DNA of 57,863 nucleotides, taken from the NCBI GenBank assembly GCA_010093745.1, contig MU005960.1, positions 372,636-430,498 of the forward strand. The letters run 5' to 3'. The notes under the pieces are model-generated. The model did no database searches. It was not told where the DNA came from and was given only the letters and a program-made list of their open reading frames with translations. The stretch's first letter is position 1. Each line of letters opens with the position of its first letter. This DNA is from Piedraia hortae CBS 480.64. Lineage: Eukaryota. The position numbers were made by a program, and so were the translations under genes. Positions 27,083 through 39,320 of this stretch are shown here, one piece after another.

Positions 27083-28936
27083 TCAAACGCATAGACCGTT
27101 AACCTTGACTTCGTAACCTTCTCCCTTTTGTCTTCTTGCTTTTGCAAGCATTAGTTCACGCATCCATTCTATACGATCGTCTTTGTTCTTCACGGCAAAA
27201 TGATGCGTCTTCATAGTCGTGAGGGCCGCTGTTTTGGCCGCGCTGCGCGGGACTAGATCAAATGCGAAAGCCGTACCGTCTGTATTTTTCCCGTTGCTGT
27301 TGTTACTATTATTGTTGAGGTGGAAAGCCTTCATGGCTGCGGCGAGCTTTTTGCCGGCGGCGGCTGTAGTACATGCTACTGTGTATTCGTCCACGTTAAT
27401 GGATTCGTTCTCGGGGGCGTTGAGTTGATCGGAAGCGTACATTCGCAACTGCGACCCGCGCAGGCGAAAGTGTGCTTCACGCCATTCGTGTCGAAGGAGT
27501 CGTGTGCGACGCTTCTTCATCCATCCGGCCCGAGAGCAGTCGGCACCGTATTTGGAGTGCTCGGGGACGGTGGGGAGCGTGGTATTAGTGATGGGACCCA
27601 GGACTTCGTTCTCGGCGACTGCGGGAAGAGAACCGAATGAAGGACGACGACGCTCCGTGCGAGAAAAGGTTCGCATTAGAGGTCGTTGTATGCTTGGGGG
27701 CGCAGACGCTGAGGTTTCACGCTCAATTGGGCCAGGCGGAAATACGCTTGTCGTTGGCACATCCACTTCGCTTGCTGGAGTAGCGAAGCGAGGGATTTGT
27801 CGAGGTGCCGTGGCAGATTCAGGGCTCGCGGGAGCATCGCCCGCTAAAGGCGAAATCTCTAATTTGGGGTGCGCTCGAAGGCTTGAGCGTAGGGCCGGGT
27901 ATGGGTTGTGGTGCTGTTCAGGGAATAGTGGAGGAACCGATGCAGACCGCGCTGGTGGCTCGGGAACATGTTGGAATTGCAGGAATTGTCGAACGTTTTC
28001 TTGGGGATCTCTCTCGTCCAGATATTGAAGTGCCTCTGCCTGCAGAGATATCTTAGGTAGGTGGCGAGGAGTGAGTGCGGCTGAAGAAGCAATGACAGAA
28101 GGAACACCGGTAGGAAGTGGCGGCTCCACCTGCAGCCTGGTCGGGCTAACCGAATATCGGCCAATAGCATTGTCCTCTTGCAACTGACGTAGCTGCCGCT
28201 GCTGTCTGCGCCACTTTGCACACCGCTCACCCTTTGGACAGTCGTGAGGTTTAGGGGCTAATTGCTCAATAGCCACAATAGTTTCGGTAACTGGGGAGTC
28301 ATTCACCTTTCGGTTTCGTCGCTTTTTGGCTGGTGACATTGGAGGCTCTCCTTTGATATCGCAGATAGCCGACCAAAGACGATGACGCTTTCCAAAAGAG
28401 GTGATATCGAGTTCTCGGAGATCATCAAAATGCAGGTCTAGCAGGACTCGGCCGTCAACATCATGGTAAGTCAGGGAATTGACAATACTCTGATCCAGTC
28501 CCACAGATTCTGCCCATTCGATCACTTGGTGGGGCGCCCAATTCCGCACTTCTCCAAGGTCGTAGTCGGCGCGTGCCGCTCCGGGAGAAGGAGGGGCAAG
28601 GGGGGACATTGATAGGATCGGTGACATCTGTAGCGCATGGTCTGACGAGCTTCTGGAGTCTGACCTGAACAAGTGAGGTCCTTTCGGGCCCTGCACAGGC
28701 AGGTAGAATGCCGGACTTGCGCAGGATCGCGGAGTTGGAGCTTCATCGTATGAGGACAGTGTAGTCTGGCTAGTTCGTCGTCCACAAGTAGAGTCTTCGT
28801 CTTCCGAGTCTTCGAATTCGGTGTCAGTTGCTTCAGAGGGTGATAAGTTGAAGCTCGTCGCAATAGTCAGTGGCCGCGCTAGTTCCTTGACTGACTGCGC
28901 TTCAAAGAAGTGCCGATCGTTGACGGTGTCAGTCAT
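27083..28936 (-). CDS. SAM + PH domain protein (Boi-like polarity scaffold)
   Basis: SAM domain WAPHQVIEW...HDVDGRVLLDLHFDDLRELDITSFGKRHRLWSAI. C-terminal PH domain AGWMKKRRTRLLRHEW...HHFAVKNKDDRIEWMRELMLAK. First ATG at 28936. Confidence 0.85.
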   Translation of the reverse strand: MTDTVNDRHFFEAQSVKELARPLTIATSFNLSPSEATDTEFEDSEDEDSTCGRRTSQTTLSSYDEAPTPRSCASPAFYLPVQGPKGPHLFRSDSRSSSDHALQMSPILSMSPLAPPSPGAARADYDLGEVRNWAPHQVIEWAESVGLDQSIVNSLTYHDVDGRVLLDLHFDDLRELDITSFGKRHRLWSAICDIKGEPPMSPAKKRRNRKVNDSPVTETIVAIEQLAPKPHDCPKGERCAKWRRQQRQLRQLQEDNAIGRYSVSPTRLQVEPPLPTGVPSVIASSAALTPRHLPKISLQAEALQYLDERDPQENVRQFLQFQHVPEPPARSASVPPLFPEQHHNPYPALRSSLRAHPKLEISPLAGDAPASPESATAPRQIPRFATPASEVDVPTTSVFPPGPIERETSASAPPSIQRPLMRTFSRTERRRPSFGSLPAVAENEVLGPITNTTLPTVPEHSKYGADCSRAGWMKKRRTRLLRHEWREAHFRLRGSQLRMYASDQLNAPENESINVDEYTVACTTAAAGKKLAAAMKAFHLNNNSNNSNGKNTDGTAFAFDLVPRSAAKTAALTTMKTHHFAVKNKDDRIEWMRELMLAKARRQKGEGYEVKVNGLCV

Positions 28937-30012
28937 GGTGTAGATGCGTAGGTGTGGCACGGGACCGAGCGCGGGAGTCTAAGACTTGTATAGCAGCATG
29001 TGGGCAGTTGAGGGTCTAATGGGCGCGCATAAGCTCGAGACCAGCGGTTGACTTGAGCAGGGAAAGCTGTGATTGGCATGCAGATGGAGTTAGACGCCGA
29101 ATGTGCCGGGATGGGTAAAGAGCAGGCAGCCACGCTGCATGCACACGGGGGACGACTGCAAGGGATTAAAATCTGGGAAGTCGAGTACATTTTAGCTCAC
29201 ATTATTTCCTTCTATAGGGCCGAATAAAATGGGCTTTCGTATTCGCGATTTCTCTTGGGGCCCCCTTCCTGCCAATCACAACGCTTAACGCTGGCGCCCG
29301 TCGCGCGGCATCGAACGGTCACAAGCCCAATCACGTCCCTGCATCAGCCCACTCACCGCCGTTTCCCGTCTGCCCATTCTCTCCGCGGCCCAACGTCGCG
29401 CGGTCTGGCCTGCACGGTATCCCTGATTTAGAAGGTCACCTGCTCCCCACGTGACACGATAGAACAGTACCACAGACGTCTTGTGATACCCCCCACTGCA
29501 CGCGATATCATTTCCTCAGTGTTGCACTCGCACCTGCGAAACGCTTGCAACGACGGTGCGTTGCTCGCTACAACGGCACAATGCTGGCGACCACGGCGAA
29601 CAGCTCGCAATGGCCTAAATCTTGTGGCACAGAGCGACATCGCGCGCCCGATCCTACCCCAGTCACAGCTTCCCCGCCTCCAAATGTCCCGGGCGGCTAT
29701 CACCTCTAGCCGCCCACCAATCAATCACTCTTCCCAAATCTTGTCCCCGCCTCGACCCACTCTTCAAGGAATTGAAAGATTAATCGTCTTTTTTCAGCGT
29801 TGCCCAGAATAGAATGCTCCCAAAATGCCTCTCTCCACCAACACTTCTAGCTATATAGTTCTGCTCGCCGCTCAGCTTCATATCATAATTTTGCTCTCTT
29901 TCTTTCAGTTTCCAATTTCCGTCTGCTGGTCAGGCCCCCGTCGTCGATCGTCAGGGACTTTTTTATACCCCAACCACCTTGTGCGCACTTTGTCAGCCTA
30001 TTATAATAAATC

Positions 30013-31850
30013 ATGTCTCCCTCCGCCAAACCCCAGAGCCCCGCCGTTATGCCTGCTGTTACTACAGTTGCGCCGAAAACTAAAACGACAACCACTGAAC
30101 ATAAAAAGTTAGGCAAAGTGCATCGCAGATCGCGTTCTGGTTCGTTTCAAACCTGTAACTTCTGTTGCCATAATTAACGTTGGCAGGTTGTTTTACATGT
30201 CGACTTCGCCGCAAGAAGTGTGAGGAGGGAAAGCCAGAGTGTAAAGCCTGTCGTCATCTCGGTCTCCAGTGTGACTATGCACGTCCTATATGGTGGGGTA
30301 CTGCCGAGCAGAGGCGTCAACACAAGGAGATTATCAAAGCAGCTATAAAGAAGTCCCAGTTGAGCAAGAAGGCGGCAAGCCATGCTATCCCAGATTTCTC
30401 TGCTCCTCGACTGTCTTCGGCTGCTCCGCCAAGCTTATGCTCAGCACCCACGGCCAGCGACCCTTTTACTTCCCATCCCCACAGCCGCTCTTCTGCAAGC
30501 CCTTCGGCAGATTGGGACCCATATCTCTTTTCCGAAGGTCTAGTCGACCCTTCGGCCTGTTTTCCTCTAGAAGTCGATGTCAAAACAGAGCACCACGTCC
30601 TTGTCAACGGCGACAATTGGGTCAGCTATCCTTGGTCGGAGCCAGAGTTCGTGACAGAGCCCAAATTTTTCCCAGAGCCCCCGGTCATCGAAGGTCCATC
30701 AGTTGAACATTGCGACCTCTACCTGCACAACCAGTTTTTGGAAACCGTTCAGCCTCTTCTCTTTCCCATCCTAGACTTGGACCAACCCGATTCTGCCTCC
30801 GGCCTCATCCTCCCCTCTCTAGAGTCAAACTCTGCCTATCGACATTGCTGTCTCAGCGCTGCAGCTGTCCATCTCAAAGCTACCCGCCAAGTTGCCGCAG
30901 AACTCATTGACCCAGACATCTCCCGGCACCGCTATGCTGCTGTGTCTGAGCTTTGCAACGCTCTTGAGCACGACAACGATCACACTCACCTGCTCGATGC
31001 CACTCTTGGAATGATTTTCTTCAAGTGTTCCGTCGGCAGGCACGACGAGAACCTGATGGACATCCCGTGGCACCAGCACTTTCAAGCAGCCGTCAACTTG
31101 ATCGGAAAACTGGACCTGCCTATATCTTCTCCCGTTCCCACCAGCATGTCCCTGGCTGCGTGGATTGACATCATCGGCGCAACCATGCTCGGCCAGGCAC
31201 CCGCTTTTGCCGACTCTTACCGCAACCTCAATCTCGTCGGGGGCTCAGCTGGCCTGTCTAGTCTTATGGGCTGTGACGACTCGGTCATGTTCATCATCTC
31301 CGAGATTGCCTGTCTTGATGCCACCCGCGAGTTCCTTGCCGAGGAGGCACTATGTGCCTACGTCGAAACTCTCGGCCACGCAATCGACGACACAGAGCCT
31401 GGCCCTGGCGCTGTTCAAGGCTGCTTTACACCTACTGGATCGATTCGGGCAGACCAGCTTCGCATCAACGTCACGGCCCTCTTCCGCCTCGCAGCCCGAA
31501 TCTACCTCTGCTCCCTCGTGCCCGGCTTCGACCCCCGGCAAGAAAGCATGTGCCGTCTTGTGGCCTCCTTCACAGACCTGCTCACCTACATCCCCGAGGG
31601 CCCTCTGGGCTTTGATCGCTCTCTCGCTTGGCCTTTCCTCATTACCGGTGCACAAGCAACCAACACCTCCTCCTTCCGAGCTGTGCTCAACGAAAGGTGT
31701 CGACGCATGGGTGATGCAGCACACTTTGGCTCTTTTGGCCGTGTGCGCCAAATCCTTCATGATGTCTGGCACTCGTTTGACGCGACTGGTTCGCCCAAGC
31801 GGTGGCAGGATGTCATGAGAGATAATGGTTGGGACGATTTACTGATCTAA
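30013..31850 (+). CDS. pro1: Zn(II)2Cys6 developmental transcription factor, Pro1/NosA/RosA family; exons 30013-30139 and 30187-31850, 596 aa
   Basis: HRRSRSG|CFTCRLRRKKCEEGKPECKACRHLGLQCDY, DIPWHQHFQA, AWIDIIGATM, LMGCDD, GFDRSLAWP, WQDVMRDNGWDDLLI. 47-nt intron. Confidence 0.88.
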
Positions 31851-34800
31851 TACACTGAAAGAAAAAGAGCGATGTGCTATTGATTTAATGATACCCCTTA
31901 TGTATTAACGACTCCTATCTGTATGAAGAGATGAAAGAGATTATAGTCTTGTTACCTTCTTCCTACCTCCCTCGTCCACTCTCTCTGTCGTCCGAGTGAA
32001 TTGTTAGCCCTTGGAAATGGGGTTCAACCATGCCAGGGCCACATCAAGTTTGCTTCGAAACTCTATCTCTTTCCGAAATTGAAAACCCCGCACTTTATCT
32101 TAAAGTTTCCACCCCTCCAACCTAGGTAAACCTTCTCGCTAAAGTTATCGGCAGTTCTTCTCAACCGTCAAAGGCCGTTTGCTCAATTTCACCTACCACG
32201 TGCGCATCACAATCCCGTTTTTCTCCGACCAGCGTGCGCTAACCTCTTAAAAAAGCGACCGCGCAAGGGAAAAAAGCAACATTCACGGGAAGAAAGTGGG
32301 TGGCCTGCTCTGCGCGACCGCTCACCCCCTGCGTAAGCGACGTGATACTTGAAACGACACTTCTGTACATGCGCATGCGCGAGTGAACTGTCTCTTGCAC
32401 ATCGCATGCGCGGGTTGAACTGTCTTTTCGCGCACGCTCTCGAATGTGCAAAAGCGTTGAACTGGAACTAATTAGTTCTAGATATTTGAATACGATGAAT
32501 GGTTGGTTGGGAGGGTGTAATTGTGTAGCTTTCTTTGACACCATCCATGCACATGCATGTCGCGCATCTCAACTTGAGATGCATACGAATCACACTTTCA
32601 TGCAGAGGAATCCCTCCCAACCACACTGGTTGAGAGTCTAGACCTGTGTGGTTGGGCAGGATCTATCTTTAGATTTCCTCCTGGTCTGTTGGTATCGGCT
32701 ACGCTGGGCGTAAGGTGTTTGCGATGTAAGGCCGTGGGACCACGTTCTTGCCATGGGTCGTTATTCCTAGCAGGGACGTAAGGGCAGCTTGGGTTAGTGC
32801 ATGGCTCACGGATTTTACCGGTTGACTTTGGCACGTTTTTGCCATGGAACGTTTCTTCCGCGGCCATGTAAGGGCCAGGTCGCTTTGGTTCTTTTGCGTG
32901 AAGCCACGTTTCGGTACAGCCCCGAAATACTTATGGGAGCGCTGTAAGGGTGGTACAGCATAGCATCGCGTGAACCACGCTTGAGCTGAACGTCTACTTT
33001 GGTTCCTTCGCATGGATCCTCAAGTGGGAAGCGCCGCCATTCGGATGAGATCGGGTTGCATGGGCAGGATATAATTTGCTGCTAGCGTGTTGGATCGCCT
33101 GAACTGTTTGCGCTCCGTTGCACCTCTATTAGGTCTCGCTTTACGCTGCTGGCTTGTGGGGAACCTGGACTCCTTACATGTCAATGTTGATGTAGGTACG
33201 TGACTGCCCTTGATCTTACCCTTCTGTTACGTTTCATCGAAGAATTTGTGAGTATATACAAGGAACGGCAGCATAAAATTCACATCAGCCCTTGGCAGAA
33301 CTGTCCAATCTGCGTTGTTGGTGCCATACCATGAATCATCCTCAAGAAATACTGTTGAATGTCATCGTACAGTAGATGCCTTTCGCGTAACGTTCATTCT
33401 CGAGCCTTCTTCCCACATGTTCATTCGACATCACAGAGCAAGATCTTCAAGGCACACGCATAAGAGATCAACCCCGTGTCTTGGTCATATAGTATTGAGA
33501 AACCCCAATCTCGGGACGCTAGGAGAAAAAGAGATTGGAAATTCACAGCTAACGTATGGGTGGGGAGACATACCCAATCGCTATACAGGTTTGCTCACGT
33601 CAGACCGTAGTAGGCACCCATAGACAAGGCCGATTCATTTTTTCTCATGCTCTACATTATAATCTCGACAAAAGATTCAGTTACGTGAAAATAGCTCAAC
33701 TGTGACTTCGGAAAAAAGAACATGACTCGCGTCGAGTTATGCAAGACATGTTCTTGGCGCCAAGACTCTCCACGTGCACATAGGAAGCTTTGCATTTGAC
33801 TCATGAATTCAATGTTCGAGACTTACGCTCGACAACCAAGACATGTATTCCACGATCCTTTCACATTGACAAGTGATGTTTGCGAGCGTTCGTTTTGTGT
33901 TCCAGACTTCACTTTCCGACCAGGAGGTAATCTCATGTCCTATCGAAAAGTTGTGGATAAATGATGGCAGGATCTAGGTAGCACTCCACGAATTTAGATT
34001 AAGGCGACCGTGTTTACCTTGGAACCTTTGTGAATTTTTAGAACCGTCAGGTTCGCGATACATATACTTCGAGGCGGGTTTTCAAAGGGTTGGTTCAAAA
34101 TATGGGATTACTTATCTCTGCTCATTTTCGGTGTTTCTCAAAAACGAGGCTGAGAAATCTTGGCAAAGACTTTTGATATGAAAGCAGTGTAGTTCTAAAC
34201 CTTCAGCGAAACTGTCGTGGAAGTACAGCATCTTCAACATCGATTACTTCTAAATTTCAGTTATACAACGGAAGAAGCTGTCAAGACTCGGCATGCAAGC
34301 TATGAAGGGTCCACGCATTGGAGCCTTTCCAACATTGGTGAAATGGCACCAGTCATCGCAAATCTTGCAGCCGTGTGTTGCCAGTAGGAAGAATGCCCAG
34401 GTTCACTCGATACATGATACAAGCTGCATAGTCAGACAATCCCATTCTGTTCTGTAAGTGATCTATGCTTTTGCAATGTAAGAGGCTAAACGGCTTGGCA
34501 CACAAGTCAAGAATTTGTACCTGTTATTTAACCGACTCGGTACCTACATCCTTTGTCTCGAAGTTCCGAGAGCCAGCAGCTCCTTTCACGCAAAAGGACG
34601 AAAACTATTCTTTGGCCCAATAACCTTCTCACCTTTCTAGTCGATGAATGTACTTACAGTCTTTTCACATCACAAATCAAATAATCCTCAACAATTTTCG
34701 TAATTCGGATAATTCGTTCAACTTTCGAGATGCAGCTGCTACCAGAAACGTGTAGGACAGTATAAGACTTTGAAGTTAATCGGCTTAGTTCGTGGTCAAA

Positions 34801-35134
34801 AAACTTGTTCTGTGAATAGCACTGGGCACGGGCAAAAAAGACCAATTATGAAGGCGAGCCCAGGCTTGGAATTGAGCACACGACACACATTGCTATCAAA
34901 AATACCTAAGAAAGAGAGTTTCGCCACCCGTGCCTGTAATTAAGAGAACATGGCACAGTCTGTGCCGTTTGGCTGGATGAGGCATACATGTGACAATGAA
35001 CACAAAGGTGAGAGTGATACTCGAACCAGGAGGACATTAGGATTGACATGCTTGTGAGTTTATCCTACCAACGCCTTCGCCAGCCCAGCTCCAAGTGTAG
35101 TAATGTACATGCAAGAAGGAAGCTGGCAGAGTGA

Positions 35135-36070
35135 TCAACCAGTGACCATGACCCAAAGCAGGAAGAAGATCATGAGGATGCCAAACATCTTGGCCACGAG
35201 CCACCGGTTGCCCTGGACGCGGTGCCAGTACTTGATGAGTTCGCGTTGTGCGCCATCGATATTGTCGACGACGGAGTCGGTGTTTGCGTCTATGCGCTGA
35301 ATCTGCTCGGCCTGTTCCGAGACCATCTGGGCCAGCTGGCCGAAGATGCCACCCAATTCATTGATGGTGCGCTCTATGGCCTCAATGGCCTCTCCACGCT
35401 GCTGGACGTAGCTCGAGCTGCCCTCTTCCATCAGACTTAGTTGCTCATTCTGAGTCATGCCGCCGCCGTGCTGATATAATGCGCCACCGCCGGACGAGGG
35501 TTCGAGAGACAACGTGTCCTGCTCTGGCTTCCGCGGAGGCATCTGGTAAAGTGGCGAGTCGGTGCGAGGTGTGCCCAGTGGCGTCTGGCTGCTCACGGCA
35601 CTGACAAAGTTATCCTGGCGCGACCGCGTGGCCTGGATGTTGCGCGTTCGCACTTCCAGCACTTCCTTGAAGTTGACACTGACATCAGCGAGATTCTTCT
35701 GCAACAAAACAACCACATTCTGCTTATGCTCGGCCTCCTCGCCCTTTTCTCGTTGCCCGGACCGCAGTTGTCCGATCTTCTCGTTCAGCCCGGCCAGATC
35801 TTGCTTGATGACATAGGTAAGTTCGTTGATCTCGACGGGCCGATCGTCAAAGAGTGTTTTGCGTCGGGCCAGCTCGCCCAGCCGCTCTAGCTTGCTCACC
35901 GTCGAGCTGATACCGCGGCCGATGGCGGCGGCATTGCGCGCAAATTCGCTGCGCTGTTTGCGCGTCTGAGGTGCCGGAGCCGGCTGTTTCCGCTGTCGCG
36001 CAATCTGTCTTTGTGCCTCGGCGAGGATGGAGCGAAATTCGGGCGTACGGTCTTGTACTGAGTGGGCCAT
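35135..36070 (-). CDS. SED5: cis-Golgi t-SNARE syntaxin-5
   Basis: N-terminal QDRTPEF, TLFDDRPVEINELTYVIKQD, SNARE domain AIEAIERTINELGGIFGQLA...RIDAN, C-terminal TM helix. Confidence 0.95.
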   Translation of the reverse strand: MAHSVQDRTPEFRSILAEAQRQIARQRKQPAPAPQTRKQRSEFARNAAAIGRGISSTVSKLERLGELARRKTLFDDRPVEINELTYVIKQDLAGLNEKIGQLRSGQREKGEEAEHKQNVVVLLQKNLADVSVNFKEVLEVRTRNIQATRSRQDNFVSAVSSQTPLGTPRTDSPLYQMPPRKPEQDTLSLEPSSGGGALYQHGGGMTQNEQLSLMEEGSSSYVQQRGEAIEAIERTINELGGIFGQLAQMVSEQAEQIQRIDANTDSVVDNIDGAQRELIKYWHRVQGNRWLVAKMFGILMIFFLLWVMVTG

Positions 36071-37687
36071 GCTGGCGGCGTTGTTGGTGGTTGCGTCTGT
36101 GTCGCGGGCCTGGGCCACATGACGTCACGCTGCCGCATTGTTGTCGTCCGCGGTGAGTCGTCCATCTGCTCATCTAGCGACTCTCATGGGCCGAACGGCC
36201 AAGCCAGCCATAGTTTTGGTTCCATGAAGCTGGTGTGTATGTATTACTACGAGAAGCTACACATTTCTGGGAAAGCTGGTAGGTGCGTCGATTCCTGTTC
36301 CTTTGTCTTCCTACCTACGCTTCCATCTGCCTTTCCCCTTGTAGAAACCTACCAACGTTCCATTCAATCATTCTTATCTTCTCTTTACCACTGGTCCTTC
36401 ATTTTCCACCAAATGATTCGCTCATGTAGCTTTCGCTTCCAGCCGGATACATCTGGGCAAGGAAGAGGCCAGCCAGCATTTACGCCTTCGCACCAGGCAC
36501 GCCCAGCACCGGCTCGTACAGGCCTATCTCATAGGCAAGGCAGTCACAAAGATACTGTCAGAGCAACGAGTGACTAAATGTCGGGTGTATACTCGCCGTG
36601 ACCATCGAACTTGCAGATTTCTCGGACCATCTTCATCGATGACTTGTGTTTTGTTAAAATAACAAAACAGCATCAAACGGTCGTGGTTGAATGCTTTGGG
36701 AGAGTTGCGTTTCGTTTGCAGGCTGGCCGTTGGACCTGAAACGAGATCATAACAAATCCTTGTGGTGGCGCTGAGGGGGGCATGGACAATTACCATCCCC
36801 ACGTTTGCACATCCAACCACGTGCAAGTGCGCCGCCGAATAGAACTGAGATTGCCCCATGGATGTTTCGCCATGATTCATCAATATCCACGTCATGGGAT
36901 GGCAATTAATCACAGTAGCTGCCGACCCAAAGCCACGGAATTAAGATCGGCCAGACCCAGATCCTAGCGTACATCTGGTTTGGTCGCAACTCACATCGGC
37001 GGCCTTAGGACGATGCGACGATCATTCGATGTGGAGTTCCATTGTGACCGGGACTGCTTTGACCATCCCTCTGGGGCTGTTTCGACCAGAGACTGAAGAT
37101 GAAAATATTAGATGGATATACCATAGTTTTTACTCTATTTGAAGTAGGGCGGCACCAGTGAGCTGAAGCGAGCTCGGCCTATACAATGGTTTAGCCCATC
37201 TTATTCACCATACTCAGGGATACAAGTTCCATAGGAGAGTACGCTGCTTGTTACAGGCGTCAGACATGCCCAGACGTTGAGTGGGTCCGACGCCGCGGGC
37301 CGATGTTACCCGCCTTCCCGGACCCACCTTGCCTCGACTTCACACAAGCACCTTCACTCTTTTCGAGACCGACATGGCCATGGATGCCTCCCTTAAAGCC
37401 CCCAAGTGGTCCCTGGTCATCTTTGACCATACCATCGGCCAGATCATGGCCTCCAAGTGTCGATAACAGATTATCTTATTGGACAAGAACTGTAGCAGCA
37501 TCACTGAGCCACACTTGGACGAAGAGGTAGGGTAACGTCTCGCAGTCTCTCGTTCTGCGGTATATTAGACTAGCTCCTCCCTCTCATGATTTCCTTTCCA
37601 TCGCATTCTCTCAACAGTCTTTCATTCGCTACAACTTTCATTCACTTACCCACTCGACTTTTTTGCCCATCTTTACTTCCAATCAAA

Positions 37688-39320
37688 ATGACGAAGCTCA
37701 TCTTCCTTACTGCCCTCCTCACCTCGACCGCGCTGGCGCGTCCTTGCGGCACGGCGCCGTTAGTAACCCCCAGCAAATACGTTGAAGCAAATCTAACTCC
37801 AAAATAGCAACTCGGTCGCACCATCCTCTGCCGGAGCTGCTCCCTCTGCTGGTCAGGGTTGCGGCGGGTGCGGTGGTGCTGGGTGCCCTAGCTGCGGAGG
37901 AAACTCTGTTGGCTCGCAGAAGTGCGGCTCATGCGGCGGTGCTGGATGCCCCAACTGCCCAGGCGGCAACTGTGCCGGCTGTGGTGGTGCTGGTTGCCCC
38001 AGCTGCTCTGGTGGCATGGTCAAGCGCACGGTCAAGCGCAATGTTGCCTACAAGAACAACTGCGGCGGATCTGGCTGCGGTAGCGCTGGCTGCCCGAGCT
38101 GCGGAGGCGACTCTTCCTGCGGCTCCTGCGGCGGTGCTGGCTGCGGCAACTGCGGAGGCATGAAGAAGCGTACCATCAAGCGCTGTGGTTCGTGCGGTGG
38201 CGCCGGCTGCCCCAACTGCCCCGGCGGAAACTGTGCTGGCTGCGGCGGTGCTGGATGCCCGAGTTGCTCCGGCTCTACTGGTGAACAGAAGTGCGGCTCG
38301 TGCGGCGGTGCTGGCTGCCCCAACTGCCCAGGTGGCAACTGCGCCGGTTGCGGTGGTGCCGGCTGCCCCGGATGCTCAGGCTCTATGAGGAAGCGCACCG
38401 TCAAGCGCTGCGGCTCGTGCGGTGGCGCCGGCTGCCCCAATTGCCCAGGTGGTAACTGCGCTGGCTGCGGCGGTGCTGGATGCCCGGGCTGCACCGGCTC
38501 TGCTGTCTCAAGCGACATGGGCTCCCAGAAGTGCGGCGGCTGTGGTGGTGCTGGATGCCCGAACTGCCCCGATGGTAACTGCGCTGGCTGTGGTGGCGCC
38601 GGATGCCCGAGCTGCTCTGGCTCTATGAAGAAGCGCACCGTCAAGCGCTGCGGCTCTTGCGGTGGTGCCGGCTGCCCCAACTGTCCCGGCGGAAACTGTG
38701 CTGGCTGCGGTGGTGCTGGCTGCCCAAGCTGCTCTGGCTCTGATTCCTCCAGCCTCATCGGCTCCCAGAAGTGCGGTGGATGCGGTGGCTCTGGCTGCCC
38801 TAGCTGCGGTGGTGACTCCTCATGCGGATCCTGCGGCGGTGCCGGCTGCCCCAGCTGCGGTGGTATGGTCAAGCGCACTGTCAAGCGATGCGGTGGTGCT
38901 GGCTGTGGTGGCTGCGCTGACTGTCCCGGCGGCAACTGCGGTTCCTGCGGCGGCGCCGGCTGCCCTAACTGCTCTGGATCGACTGCTGCTCAGAAGTGCG
39001 GTTCATATGGCGGTGCCGGCTGCCCCAACTGCCCAGGTGGCAACTGCGCCGGTTGCGGTGGTGCCGGCTGCCCCGGATGCTCAGGCTCTATGAAGAAGCG
39101 CACCGTCAAGCGCTGCGGCTCGTGCGGTGGTGCCGGCTGCCCCAACTGCCCCGGCGGAAACTGTGCTGGCTGCGGCGGCGCTGGCTGCCCCAGCTGCTCT
39201 GGGTCCACCGGTGAGCAGAAATGCGGTTCCTGCGGTGGTGCTGGCTGCCCCAACTGCCCAGGTGGTAACTGCGCTGGCTGTGGTGGTGCTGGCTGCCCCG
39301 GCTGCTCCGGCTCCTTTTAG
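37688..39320 (+). CDS. Secreted Cys/Gly-rich repeat precursor with six KR-T(V/I)-KR sites (Kex2-processed repeat protein-like); exons 37688-37758 and 37808-39320, 527 aa
   Basis: Signal-peptide-like MTKLIFLTALLTSTALA. A canonical 49-nt intron (GTTAGT...CTAAC...TAG) puts the leader in frame with the CxxCGGAGCPxC repeat ORF. Variation between repeats falls mostly at third codon positions. Confidence 0.85.

Noticed and set aside
38048..38935. Pro/Gln-rich 295-aa minus-strand ORF
   Set aside because: It is the antisense mirror of the Cys/Gly repeats. The signal peptide, intron and dibasic sites all support the + strand.
37688..39320. Dikaritin/ustiloxin-type RiPP cluster or hydrophobin
   Set aside because: No DUF3328, tyrosinase or transporter gene nearby (the neighbours are SED5 and APL5). 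The cores are long and Cys-rich, and the hydrophobin 8-Cys pattern with CC doublets is absent.
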